Source of the DNA: Tubiluchus corallicola
Lineage: Eukaryota; Animalia; Priapulida
NCBI GenBank assembly: GCA_030141605.1
Contig: JAQGDQ010000081.1
Span: 434,001-498,000 of the forward strand
Direction: 5' to 3'
DNA length: 64,000 nt
In this document: positions 14,401-28,434 of the stretch, piece after piece
How the letters are laid out: each line of letters opens with the position of its first letter
Position numbering within the stretch: the stretch's first letter is position 1
Notes under the pieces: generated by a model
Database searches by the model: none
The model's input: the letters and a program-made list of their open reading frames with translations, nothing else
Told to the model about the DNA's origin: nothing
Program-made: the position numbers and the translations under genes

Positions 14401-17400
14401 CCGCTTGCGTATCTCTATTGCAGCTGCAGGGAAGCCCTCGTTCAGTAGAGCTGTTAATGCGATGCTTTGTATGGGATAAAGTAACAAACTCACGCAAACG
14501 CCTCATAAACTTAATCGAATTCTGCACAACTTGTTGGCAGTAGGAAATTAACTGTGCTCAAAGCTCGTCTGCGTTGTAGCATAAAAACAATAAGGTACTA
14601 AAACTCCCCAACTGAACACATCCAGGTGATTTAGGACAAATTCTGGATGATTTTTTTTTGCTTGAGAAGCTGTGCAAGAGCGTATAAACAACTTGCAAAG
14701 GCTAACATTACTCCAATGACGTTAAATTGATGATTGGAAGATTTTAAAATAAGTAATTTTAATTCGGTCAGTTGTTTGGTTTGTGCTCAATTGCTTAGTT
14801 TCTTGGTTTTGTTTATTTTGTGTATCGTATGTCATTTACATGTATTACATTGCATTTCATTTACTTTATTACTAATTCTGCAATTACATGACTGCGGCAA
14901 ACCTTATCTATTAACTCATTTATAAAAAGTCGATCATTGGCGTTGGTATTGTTATAGTCTTATTGAGAAGGGTGGCTGATTCGAAAGCCGCATGGTTTTT
15001 CGCCACCCTTTCTCTATTGTTATTTGTAATTTTGATGTTATTGGTTCATTGCTGTATTCAAAAAGAAGACAAATAAAATATCTATCTATCTTAAACAGAA
15101 CAGTTTGCCAAAAATTGAACGACTGTATTAAATTCAAATATGTAATTGCAATAAAATTATGTTCATAAACACATTGAAGAATATCTCACTGTTACATTTT
15201 TACTTTCATGCATTCATAAGAAAGCTTGTCCATGCGATATCTACACAAAATTTTCTCTCAGCAAAGTTATCTTCCTAGGCATCACAACTATTGGACTTTA
15301 CAGGTGTGACCTGTGCAAACAAACCGATTGCTTCAGCAAAGTAGTCTTGTCACAGGCAAACTTTAAAGTTAGACCAATGCAACGAACTCGTTTTTCAACC
15401 AGGTGTGCTGTTCAAGCATATACGTGAAATGAACTCAATAAAGCCTTACAGTTGTGACCAAAGTGTCCTAAGCGTTTGGCAAGCGATGTGATTGTCTACA
15501 GTCACGTTGAATCTGAGGTTACCTTACATGTCATTAAACATTTTCATTGATCTTGCCAAGCAGATGAACGTTTTTACTGGATTGAAACTTCACTGCTTTG
15601 TTTTGCGTATTTTTAAATGACATTCTCTTCTCATGTGCTTCAGTACTGCAAGCAAATCATTTTTAGAGAGTTAGAGACAAGTCTTCTTTAAGTCTTACGT
15701 ATTAGGTAAGGCAGTTCCGCCTGGTATATGCTATTTTCACGCTGGTTTGAAACCTTATTAATGCTGGTGTATCAACGCAAGTTCTCATATGATTTTTATG
15801 CACTACACACTCGAATATTCATTCGTTCTGTAAGAAAAACCGTTTTCTGTGAGAAATAATCCTCAGCACACGAAAATTCACAATGAACTGAAACATCGTA
15901 GTTGAAATTTATGCATCAAATCATTCTCGCCGCTAGGTAGTCCGGGGCAAATGAAAACTACTGGTGGATTGAATCCTTAAAGCTGTGAGCACAGAATGTC
16001 TCGGGGGCAAAATTTTGCTTGATTTGAATAATTCACAGGCCACCTTCTTAGACCAGTGGAAGTTTTCTAGATTCAGGACCATTCTGTGTTGAATCCTTAA
16101 AAACTGTGACCAGTGCATTAAATCATCGTTAAAATATTTTCGTGGGCACTGTATTCATATTGTAACTAATTTACTGCAATAAATTAAGCGTGTTTTGAAC
16201 ATTCCAAACCATACTGAAGCCTTTATATGAATTTATCTCGTTTTGTCCAACGTTTTAATCCAGACGTTGCATGTGAAAATCATTCTTTCATTGATGTCTC
16301 AGTGACATCCTCTCCCTGTAATGTATTAGGCTGACGTACCTCTCCCACGCCGGAGAAATCGAAACTAAGCCGAGACTGGTGCTAAACAAGGCTAAATAAT
16401 TCACAGGTTTCGGCCGGCGAAACCATTCTTACACAGGAGAGTCACTACTACACACAAACGTCGTTTTTCGCAGAATCAGGTTAATTTAACAGAATCTTTA
16501 TATATCGTTAAATTTTATTTTGGTTGGGTATAATGGCGTTACGTTGTGCTTGTTCACTGGTTATACTAGCATAATTACAGTGGTTCCATTTTACTACTGA
16601 TTTGAGAGGTGTTAAAATAGTTTTAAATCTAGTCATTCTAGTTTTTTCCTAATTATTCCCTCTAAAATGATTAATTGCCACAAAAATTCCGTCAAATTAT
16701 TTCAACCAAAGTCCGAATGACAACTAGAAAGTTGAAATATCAAGGGAATAATAATAATTCTATTGATGCACTGTGAATTGTAGATCCTTTATAAAATATT
16801 TTACAAACGAAATAACGTCGGGTGAGTTTTGCCTGCAAGCCACTGTTGTTGTGATTTGTAATCAGAGGCTAAGATTGTATTAAGTCTTCTAGATGAGTCG
16901 CTTCCGCAGGACATCTGCGTCTGACGGCTGCCGTGTTCATTTTTGGCGATGACATTTCTTGAATTTTCTGCCTGACTTAATATTTGATAAAATGCAGCAT
17001 GCAACCTACCTCTGTAGTGCCGGTAACGTAGAGCAATGAAAAGCAGTGCTAAGCACAGAAGTAGCTACCGTTATAAAAAGATTACTATAAATAAAAATAA
17101 AAACTGAAGTGGTCCCCCCCCCCCCGATCTTGAATCGGAGAGGATGGTTACTGCTTTTAAATTGTTCATTATATAATATAAAACACTTACGGAAATAGTG
17201 CTGACAAGCCGCTGACGTAGCAGTATTATTGTTTGCTGGATTAATTGCAATGGACTACCTATATTGAGACCAGCTTTCTTTTATTTTTCAATTTTGAGTG
17301 CAGACTGTCTCACAATAGACGTAACGGATATTCGATAATAATCTGTATTATTTTGTTTATGTAATGTTAGTTCAATGATTGCTGCTAAATGCCTATCGGT

Positions 17401-17591
17401 AATGTACCAAAGGCAGCTCTGAAGTCCGAGAGCTATTTGCCTCGGACTAAAACTGAAGATAAATTTGTTATTTCTTTAAATAGCAAGCTGTTAAAATGTC
17501 CATTGTGAAATTAAGATGCGTTAATGTGACAAAAATATCCGTAAATATTAATTCTACCTGAACGTACATATGTATTTTTGCATTTTTCTAG

Positions 17592-17697
17592 AAGAGTGCA
17601 AGACTGATCTTGGAATGCAGAATGGAGACATACCAGATCATCATATCACTGCCAGCTCGTCGTATGATCACGCCAGTGTTGGACCTCACAATGCAAG
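17592..17697 (+). CDS. Ddr: Discoidin domain receptor, first coding exon found (start of discoidin domain)
   Basis: tttttctag|AA...GCAAG|gttaga; encodes ECKTDLGMQNGDIPDHHITASSSYDHASVGPHNAR, typical discoidin (F5/8 type C) N-terminus; phase 1 to phase 2. Confidence 0.93.
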
Positions 17698-17741
17698 GTT
17701 AGAAAACTTTATTGCATCAAATCTTCAACAAAAGATAGAGT

Positions 17742-17968
17742 TCAGTTCATAAATGTTATGCTATGCTTAGTTCATAAATGTATTAGTTTTTCACGCTTAG
17801 TTCATAGATGTATTGGTTTTTCACGTTTAGTTCATAAATGTATTGGTTTTTATGCTTAGTTCATATGTGTTTTGGTTTTTATGATTAGTTCATAGGTGTT
17901 TTGGCTTTCATGATTAGTTCATAGGTGTTTTGGTTTTTATGCTTAGTTCATAGATGTGTTGGTTTTCA
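17742..17968. repeat. Minisatellite, about 27-30-bp unit, just downstream of a Ddr donor site
   Basis: About 8 copies of the TTAGTTCATA core. Confidence 0.9.
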
Positions 17969-19067
17969 TTAGGTGCTTGCATAATAATCTTATCACTGGC
18001 ATAAAAGCTTTGTCTACCTTTAGTGGTATTGTACCTTTACTCTGTGTTATTGTAGTTTTAGGAGCCGGTTTGAGTGGTGATTATCTAATACCTAGGTGTG
18101 TTTTGGGATGAAATCTTTTGATTAAAATTTCTTTGAAGCGTTGTGAGTCTATAATGTTGAAATATTGATGTAAAAATTTTACTGCAACAAGCTTGGTTTA
18201 TTTATTTATTTAAAGCGTATAATTCAGAGTGAAAGTTGCAGTCCTGAGCATTCCAACTATGTAGTTAAAGTGTATGTGGAGTGGACTATACCGTAACGAC
18301 TTATTCCGATGCTAGACTCGTCTGGCACGAGGCCGTTTTTCTTCTTCGAGTATTTGAAGTGAATTTCCTATTCATTTCTGTTACTTTCGCTTAACGTTCC
18401 GCTGAGCTTTTGTTGGCAGACTTAGATTCCGCTGCAATCTGCATCCGTTTTTTTGCTCATGATTGTTAATTACGTCCTGTAATTACGCGTCAGCAAAAGT
18501 CTCTTCATTAAGAAGCTGTGACATCCGGTTGTCAAGAACCTGAGTTGTCGTTCTCGTCATAATGGAATATGAAACTAGTGGAGCGTGAAAATGACTAAAG
18601 ATGGGACGTTGATGATGATGATGTTCTTACTTTGCTTGCTGACAGTCAATTATATGCCCAGTGAAGCGATTTAAAAGAACTTTTTATGCTCCCAGGCGGA
18701 AGGGAAGACATTTCATTTTTAGACGAATTACCCAAAATTAAGCCATTGGCCATTGAAGGTAAGGGGCCACAGTAAAAAAAGGTAAAGTTACGATTCCATT
18801 TCTAGGCAGTCAAATAGAATTTATAACTATTCTATTCAGATTAGATAGTGATAGAAACTCGATCTGTTGATGTCCTTCTTGAATCAAGTGAAATTGTAGC
18901 TTTAGAAAAACAGTTTTCTGGTAGAGAATTCCACAGGTAAAAAGCCCGATGAAAAACGGAGCAGTATTTTTTTGGTGCATTTGGGACGACTTTGTGATAT
19001 TCTTATTGGAGAAATAAATATATACTATTCCGTGTTGTATAACATGATCGGATGGTATAAAAAAATC

Positions 19068-19112
19068 TTCTCCCTCTCTCTTTCGCTTTCCCTCCCTTTC
19101 ACTCATCTGTTC

Positions 19113-19153
<41 letters not shown>

Positions 19154-19251
19154 CCTTCTCCTACTCCTCCTCCTTTCTGTCGCTCTCTCTCTCCCTCCCC
19201 CTCTTTCTCTCTCTCCCTCCTTTCTCTCTCTGTCTCTCTCCCCCCCCTCTC

Positions 19252-19304
<53 letters not shown>
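19068..19304. repeat. (CT)n microsatellite / polypyrimidine tract
   Basis: Direct inspection; resumes at 20731-20760 after the LINE. Confidence 0.97.
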
Positions 19305-19306
<2 letters not shown>

Positions 19307-20730
19307 CTGTCCTTTCGCCTCTTTTATTCATAATTTTCATCTCAGAAATGCTGAATGATGTACGATCCAATAAAATGGCAGACGTCCTTAAATACGCAGA
19401 CGATGGCACATTTTACGCATCTAAAGCGTAAGGAGTATCGTACTACTGCGCAAATCTGTTGTAATAAGTTACATCTATGGTGTAAAAAATAGCGGCTGAA
19501 AGTCAACTGTAATAGGAAGTTATGATCATGGGGTCTACGCAAAATATAGCAAATAATAATTTGCCTAAATTAAAAATTGGTGGTAGTGAAATTAAATATG
19601 TTCAAAATAGTACAGTACTGGGTATCACTATTGACTAGTAATCTAAAATTTGATTGTTATACCATGGCACAAATGTACACAATTTAAACAACTGTGTTTT
19701 AAATACAGAGGAATGAGAATGGCAACTATTATACAACTGTTTAAAGCATTTGTACTACCTGTTATACTATACAGTGCCAGTGTTTGGTTAGCTAAAAAAT
19801 ATTCATTATTTGATGACTTGTATCATGATGTCTTCAGAACTGCAACGGGTTCATCCTTTAAACCTTGCAAGGTATTGTTAGAAATTTTATGCGGTTTGCC
19901 TCCTCTAGAAATCGAAATGAATGCTCATAATGTAAGATTCCTAAGTAAAATATTGCAGGTGATGATGATCTAGTTAAGAAAGAACTTTTGTATATATTTA
20001 ATACTAACTTTTATCTGCCATATAACTACTTTGTAAAATGTTATGCTAGAGATTTAAGGCAATTTTTAGCTACTACTAGAGCTGTAGGGCGAATTAACAA
20101 CGAAGAACTTTCTATGGTTAATTGGTCTGTTACAAAATCTGATCTGGACAAATTCAAGCAAACTCTTTGGCACAGACAATTCAATACTTACACTTTGTTA
20201 GAAAACAGAAATGAATGGCTTGGCATAATCCCACAACTCAAGCCCTTTAATTTACCAATTTCACCTACAAATAGACAGTTGGAATCCATTGCTTTATTCA
20301 TGGACAAGGATTTTTTAAACATTTTTTATTTTGATTAGGACTCTTGTTTATGTGGTCTTCCCCAAACTTGGGAACATCTACTTTTCGACTGCCTTGTCGT
20401 AGACTCACAAAAGTGTATGTTCCTTAAGAATAACATTAACACCACTAACATTGCTGTGTTAATTCAAAAGCAAAATGATAGCAACACTTTGACATCATTT
20501 GTTGAAGTAATTAAGGATGACTTCATTAGACAGCGAATGTCAGGAGCATCATAATATGTTTTATTAAATTAGCGGTTGTACTTTTGCTATCTTTGTAATT
20601 TTAGTTGTAATTTATACTGTGTTTAGAGTCACTTTATTTTATTAGAAAATTTGTAAAATTTATACTTATGCTAATGTTGTACCTGCAAATAGAGGTATTT
20701 TTAATAAAGATTTAAATAAATAAAATAAAA
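19305..20730 (+). mobile_element. 5'-truncated, decayed non-LTR retrotransposon (LINE)
   Basis: Reverse transcriptase motifs AVLSPLLFIIFI and YADD (19393-19404), later C-x-C...EHLLFDC; stops/frameshifts; AATAAA and A-rich tail. Confidence 0.9.
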
Positions 20731-23700
20731 GTCTCTCTCTCTCTCTCTCCTTTCTTTCTGCCTCTCGGACAGGTACCACAACACAATATAATACATCGTT
20801 GCATAACATGAGTAAAAAAACATGAAGGCTAGCAAGAATTTAGTTCAATAAGCTGTCAGGGTTGCATTGCAGTGGAAACGTTTTGAAGGGATCTGGGAAA
20901 CTATTTTTTGATGCACGTGCTAAATGAAAATAATTATTGCACACAGTTCGTTTACCGGCGTAGTTTTTTTTTTCAATAATTTTGCTATTTACATGTGGAA
21001 AGCTAAAAGCTCGTCGTTTGCAAACTGAAAGCTAACACACGCAATGCCGTTCTTCCAAAAAAGTTGCACTTAGTGCATAAAAAGTTATTGGCATGTTTTC
21101 TCTGTTACCTAAAAATGATGCACTTAATACATAAAAAGTTGTTATGTGCATCGTCTCTTTTACTTAGCTTACTAAAGTCAATTAAAACCTAAATAGGTAG
21201 TGACTAGTGGAACGTCTGTATAGAGGGCAAAAGACAATGCAACGAAGTCAAAGGGATCCATTAATCCATTACCATTGGAAAATGTTGGAAATTAGTTCTG
21301 CTAGGCGACAGACTGTTCATATTATTCATAAACAATACACGAGCCAGACATTTTATTCTTCTCTTCAATGCAAAGTTGCCTGCCCATCCAGTGTCTAATG
21401 TTGTTCCACAATAGAACAGGTTGCGGAGTGTAGACTTACCCCGTTCAACCAACGTATGGCTGTTTTTCCGATAATTGAACACGTTTCTAGAAGTGTGCAA
21501 CTCTGTTTTAGACTGAAACGTAGGCCTATGTAAGTAGGCGTTATATATCAATCAACAGAAGTCAAAACAAGAGCAGCAGTGGGTGGGTGGGGTAAGGTCT
21601 TTGGTGAAATCAAAGTGTAGTAGAAGAACGAAAATTGTTGCATGGATTTCTTTCTTCTTTTGCTTCTTACTTACCTGATACAGTGGTACCCGAGGACTGA
21701 GACTTCTTCGTTAATTCCGAGGTGTTGGTGTAAATTGTAGACTTTGTCATGTTAAGCTAAATAAACTAACATGACATCCTGATGCTATTTACGGTATTAT
21801 GTATGTAAAATCAGTTTTAGATACATAATGACTCGTGAAAATCCATCTCTGCGTGCATTTCAGCGGTTCAAAATCGACCACTTTGAGAGTCAACAAGATT
21901 GGCCTTCTTGCTTTCAATTCAACCAATGCTTTCTGCGCCATCTTGTGCGCTGAAAAAAAAGAAAAACCTAATTAAAATCAGATTACTTCTCGAGGGATTA
22001 CACGCAAGACACATGTGTCATTCCTCGCAGATTCCCACACAGCATCCGCTCAATATAGATTTCGTTTATTTCGGCAGAGAAATTGCCATTTTCAGTCTTG
22101 CGGTCTTATAATTTGACTGCGCATGTAGCTCTGTGTTTTCTCGTTCTGGAGTTCTTGTTGTTTATACATAGTCCTAGCCAACTTTTAAATGTGAGTGGCT
22201 TATATTGGTCTTTTACTGCGCATTTCTCGCCAACTAACTCGCAAACGTTCTCAAACTAGGGAGCAAAATTTGCTAGGAGCTACAGTTCGAGCTGACATTC
22301 ACTTCTAGAAGTGTCGAGAGTAACTCACCGTAGCGTTCACACTAGTCAGTAACTTGCAGCAGTAAATCAACTCGCAGCTGTTGTCGCAGAGCTTTACAAT
22401 AACTTGATGGCAGTAACTTGCAAAGCAGTTCATACTTGCGAGTTTGCCGTCAGAGAGAAAACTCGCTAGGTGGATGTGCCTTTGGTTTCACTGTTTAAGT
22501 ACTTGAGAAGAATTCGCTGTCTGAAAGGTTTTTAAAACAACCTGCCGTATCTTAGCAGAAACACCATTTTACTTCACTGAGGGAGGTAATACTAAGTATT
22601 CCCATCTGAACGCGGCTAAGACAGCTCTGCCATAGACTAATGTTTCATCTTGGAGGATTAGCCTTGACAGTAGCTAGGTTTCGGTTTTGCCACACCATCA
22701 ACATAAATTAAGCCGTGCCACTGAGTTCTAGATCCAAGCTTTGCAGACTGCTGAACTGTTTACAAAAGATGTTCCGTTAATGTTCAAAACCAGTGTTCGA
22801 AGGACAGTTCCAAAACAGAATGGAACATTTCATCCAAACAAATGCATTAATATAAAATCATTTAATTGGATTTTTTTAGTTTTTGGGAACCAGACGCATT
22901 GTGGTCGGCTTCCCATTTCTTTTGTCCAACATCTGAACAGCTCAAGATAGTTTTATCAATTATCCTATCTATTGTTGGAGTTCTTCCATCTCTGTGTTTG
23001 CTCTGTATGATATCATTCATTTGTCTAGTGTTTAGATTATGTATCTTCGAGGTCCCTGGTGTCCTGCTAGTTATGCGTCATGAATGATATTATCACCCCG
23101 TTTAATTACCTTCTTATGCATGTGCTATGTAGATCCTTGTAATTATTGCACAGAATGTTCAAAAAGGCGCTCGTGTAATTACAAAAGCTAAAGTCGGTTG
23201 CACGCAAGAAATTTTAGTCGTTCAAATATACTTGGTACTGGATACACTTTAACTCATTTGGTAACTTGTTCGGAATTTCATTTTTAAACAGATCCTTCCA
23301 CAGATTTAGTGGCTTCGTGCTTCACACATTTTAGTCATTCGTTCACGAAAGTTGTACGTATTATTGCAATGGGATAATAGAGTTGGCGACAAGACGCTGA
23401 TCGTTTGTCAACATCTGATAATAATTTTGCAGTAACCAAAGTTTAGAATGTTACTGTGTAATTGGCACTGTTTTATCTGAATTATAGTTGTGCGATATTT
23501 TTGTAAAATGTGGCATCAGCCTGTTTTGAAATAAATTTGTGGCATAAAAGTGTATCGTGGAATTTGAGGAGGTTACAGCCTTATGTAGTTTCCTGGTATG
23601 TATATAATATGGTTATTTGGTGATAGAGAGAAAGACCAAGATATTTTGATACTGCTCACAGTAGCTTCTATTCAAATACACTGGGCTGCTCCCCCTAGGA

Positions 23701-26700
23701 GCGTGCGTCTCCTCGGGAACAAGGTAACAAAAGACTGTTGAATCACCATCGTTGCCCGTATAAACATTTATTTAACGAAATCGCTAATTGCCTAATGTAA
23801 ATTGCATGGAAACGGATACGGTTGTTATTTATGAAAGTGCCCACGGGGTCGGCCAGTGTTGGGTGTCTTCGCGATAAGCGCTTGTAAAAGGTGTATCTGG
23901 GAACATTTCCTCGAATTGCTTTCTTTTAAATTACATACTGCCTAATTGTCTAATTGCGTAAAGAGAAACCGATCGAGACCCTCTAGCTATACAATGAGTC
24001 AATGGGTTTACAGATTACGCGATCCTTGCGTGTTTTGGCTTCTTTAATTCTTTAGCACCGTCTGCGCTTTATAATTTGGCCCACTAGATTTGCAGACAGT
24101 TACCGCTGAGATTTAAAAAAAAATCATATCACGGCTAGATTTTATTTTGTAAGGATGGGTGAGCTCGAGCCTGTAATGATGAGTGAAATTGAGAAAGATG
24201 AATGTCGTTATGTAAATCATTATCTGCTTAGTTTATAGCACCGATTTATATCCACAAACTATTTAAGAACTGGTAAACCAAAGTTCGAAATTAAAAAATG
24301 TTCATGGTTTCCAATCCAGTTGCTAAAAGTACTTGGCAATTGAGGCTTGAATTAATATAAACCTTAGTATTATTCGGTATCGCTACGATGACCGTGATCC
24401 ATCTACAGATCCATCCTGATCCACATTCGTAATCCACTAGAGAAAATGAGAATCTTGGTAGAGGTAATCTATATTACCGCGGCGCTGGTTTTACCAAGGA
24501 TAATCGAGAGTTTCTTTAATATGGTCAACGATGTCTCGTAATCAAAGTTGCAGCGTGAGCTTGAATTTTAGGCCAATCAGGCGTAATAAAAAGAGGAAAT
24601 AAACATATGAATGATTTTTCTAGGTAACTTGGTCCCTGCTACGGGTCAAACGAAAAGTTTGGTTCTCGTCGCTTTCTCGAACGATTTTTTATAAATTAAC
24701 TTCCAAAATACAGATTTTTACTATAGAAATTGTTTGCAGCTCTAGGCTTTTTTGAAGTTACCCATACTCGTGAATTGTAACCTTTGGCTTCATCTCTGCC
24801 CAGCAGCTACCTGTGCACATTGTACAGGTGTGCTCGGGTCGATGATGCGGATAAAGAAGCAACAAATGGCTTTATTGTTGTCACCTGGCTGATCAATACA
24901 CCATCGTGAAAGCAGTACATCGTCCTTTGCAGAAGGTCTAACTTACCTTCTACGAGGCACGTACATATCCATTGTTGGAGGTAGATTTAGCATGATAATT
25001 AACTAAGTGTTGTCACTATGTTACCAGATAAACTGTGTGAAGTCTGACACATTAGGCTTACCTATTGAACAATGGTGATTGGACAAGCCATTATGTAGTG
25101 CTTTTAATAATGTAGATGGCTGCTAGTACGATTGAATAATATTACCCTCTGAAAAAAGTGGATTTTACTTTATCTGTAAAGCTTAGTAGATAAATTATTT
25201 GGCTGCCTGTTGTTGGTTGGCTTGATTGATAGTTAGGTCAAATGGTTGACCGGTTGGTTTGTTGTTTAAATGGTTGTTTTGTTTGTTTGTTGATCAGGTG
25301 TTTGTTTGGTTATTAGTTGGGTGTTTGGTTTTACAGCTGGCTGGTTGATTAGCTGGTAAATTGTTTGCATAAGATTATTTATTAGATCAGATTATTGTTT
25401 TATTTCGGTAGCTAGATCATAAATTACAGCTCATAGCTAGAGCATAAAATTGTACTCTTCGTTGATTTGAGCTGACTTGTGAGGGGTGGCTTCTATTTAT
25501 TCGTGTGGCGGAGGCTTCTTTCTCCTTATAGTGATTTCAAATAAAGATCACAATGCGTTTCTCTTATTTAGTTTTGGTCAGATACTACGCCCATAAACAC
25601 AAAAGTGCTTTGATTAATCAGCAGCTCTGCAGGGGGCGGTGTTCTCCCCGTTTCTGTCTCCGCCCTCTGCTATTTTGATGAGTAAAAATGCAACTTTGTC
25701 ATTTTCGCTCACTAATGCACCGCTGCTTGTCGACCTTTCTCGAACAGGTAGTAATTACGGTGAAGCCCTTTTTATCTACCCACCTTCTCATTCTAATCAG
25801 CGCTCCAATTACACTGTTCGCTATGCTAATTAGTTTGAAGAATTACAAGGTTTATTGGAGCGTGTGTAAGGAAAGGAAGACCGCCTTTGTAATTTTCTGC
25901 TAAAATGTCACGTGTTATTTGCATCAATTTAACTATTTAGCGAAGCTACTGAATAAGAGAAAGCTCGAGGGGGAGATTTATTACCTGTTAGGGATTTTTC
26001 TGTACGCGTAAGAATCTATAGTTTTCATCGTTTAACTTCCTGTTTGCCTAACCTCCCTTCAGATGGCTGCATTTTTGTTTTACTTGCTTTACCGATCTTC
26101 AAAGTTTCGTCCCTTTTTCTCCTGGTTTTCTGTTTACCTGCCATGACTGTCCGTCTTGCTTTACTTTACACCTTAGGCTCATCTCACATTTTCTCACTTT
26201 ACACTGACTTATAATGTTTCTCTCATAGTAAAAACAGGTACATCTTTTTTTACTATTACATTTCTTTCTCATGTCCTTTTCTTTACCCTTACATTATCAC
26301 AACTTCCCGTATTTCAAAGCATATCAAACTTTAGAATAATGCTGTTTCTTAAAAAGATCGCTGTATGATTTCCCTTTCGGCCATTTTAAGCGGTTTCTAA
26401 GCTACTTAAAATAGGCTGTGTCATATTTTTTAAGAAAATTACAAAATTACAGCATTTCTCTGCCGTCTGGTACGTTTTTTGTGATCACTGAATGGCGCTA
26501 TAGTTCTCAATAATACTATAATTGTACTATAAGATAGTATGTGTAACCCTAACGTCGTTTACGATGATTATTTTTTGGGACTGATGAAAGCTATAGCGCT
26601 ATGTTATACTCGGTAGATGGTGTTGTCATTGCTACGCTGCATTGAACAACAACAAAACTTACTTTAGCCACTTCATATGCTTTTCCAACAAATACTATTT

Positions 26701-27182
26701 TTCATCAGCTTCATAACTTATTTTCATCGCATTTTGAACTACAAATAATTTTCTGCAAAGATTATCTCCTCGTTGATTTCCCTGGTCGCTAATTAATCGT
26801 TTTGCAAAAGATTAATTTTCATCATGAGTGAATGTTAATTAGTAAAGTCGAGAAGCCCTTCCTGGCTGCTCTTTTCTCTCAGCGAAGGTTGTGATAACTC
26901 GCATTTTTGAAAGCGCAAATTGATTGTCATAGAATTAAGGTTTTCAGAGTCCCATAGAGTTGTCAAACTATTATGATGACTATTATTTTACTGAACTCTT
27001 GTTTTGAGGTAGTAGTTGTAGTCTACTATCAAAATAGGCAAAACATTGTGCAACATCTTTCCCTTTGCAACGGATTAATTAATGCTTTGCAAGTGGAAAT
27101 GTTTAATTAAGAATTAGTTCTCCAATGACATCGCGTATACTTGGTTTGTAAAGGTTTGTAGCGATCTCAAAATCTTAAACGC

Positions 27183-27260
27183 CTCTCTCTCTCTCTCTCT
27201 CTCTCTCTGTGTTTTTCTTTTTCCCTCCATCCCTCTTTCTCTCTCTGTTCTCTCCCTTTT
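27183..27260. repeat. (CT)n tract upstream of a Ddr acceptor
   Basis: Direct inspection. Confidence 0.9.
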
Positions 27261-27407
27261 GACCTTTCCATAAGAGCGTTATCGAATTCGAAATACGAAC
27301 ATCTAAGATTTCGTTGCCTTCGTTCAATGGTCTGTTGCCGACATTTAACGGGTGGAATTTTTCTTCTTTGTGTTAGAACTTTTAACAATAGGCGCAATTT
27401 TTTCCAG

Positions 27408-27639
27408 GTTGCGTCAAGAATTGAATGGCGGCGCTTGGTGTCCAGATGACATGATTGCCGATGATTCCTATGAGTTTCTGGAAATTAACATGGAACGTCT
27501 GCATGTTGTGACGTTAGTGGAAACGCAGGGCAGATTTGGCAACGGACAGGGCCAAGAGTTTGCCGAATTCTACCGTCTGGAGTACTGGAGGCCTGGCCTG
27601 GACGGGTTCATACGCTTCAGAAATAGAGAAGGCAAAGAT
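27408..27639 (+). CDS. Ddr: Ddr exon, discoidin domain
   Basis: tttccag|...GAT|gtaagt; GGAWCP and ETQGRFGNGQGQEF motifs; frame continues from previous exon. Confidence 0.96.
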
Positions 27640-27840
27640 GTAAGTTGATTTGTATGCATGATGGCAGCCTACTACTCTAAATTTTCGAAATTTGAACATG
27701 TTTCTCAGCACATTTGAAAAGTAGTGAGAACAGCATTATTGTTTTACTTAAATGCATGTTCTGATAAATCAGTATTAATTCCTACTTTTAAGTACGGGTA
27801 CATGTAATTGTTAACACGTTTAAATATGTTTTTGCTCTAG

Positions 27841-27988
27841 TTATTTTCTGGAAATTCAAACACCTACATATCAGTGGCTAGGGAGGTGGATCCACCCATT
27901 ATAGCCAGCAAATTACGTTTTGTACCCTACAGCAAACATAAACGCACGGTGTGCATGAGAGTGGAGATATATGGATGCGTATGGAGAG
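27841..27988 (+). CDS. Ddr: Ddr exon, end of discoidin domain
   Basis: ctctag|...G|gtaagt; LFSGNSNTY...TVCMRVEIYGC. Confidence 0.96.
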
Positions 27989-28434
27989 GTAAGTTCTATT
28001 TGATAATGGTTATTTACCTTAACTACTTTTTTCCTATTATATACATGTGTAGTTTATTGACGAACAACACAATACAATATACAATACAATGTACATAAAA
28101 AATTATGTACCAACACTATATAAAAAAGTGTCGATCTGTGCAGAATGAATTAAAGTTTACTTTTAATGAACAGGTTGTTCGAAATGGGCAAGAGCTTATT
28201 AAACGATTAATACTTTTAAAAGAAAATTGCGGTTGTCTAATAATGATCTAGCATGCTCATTAATTTGGAGGATTGTTGCTTTTAGTCCGGTACTTTATTA
28301 AGCCAACATATTTTTGTTTTGACACTGACAGTGTAGAATACAACGATCAGTGCTCAACTAAATTAACTTGTACTGGATCAAAGCTAGAGAACACTTTTGT
28401 GTAGTTCCTTACTCCAAATAATTGATTATTACAA

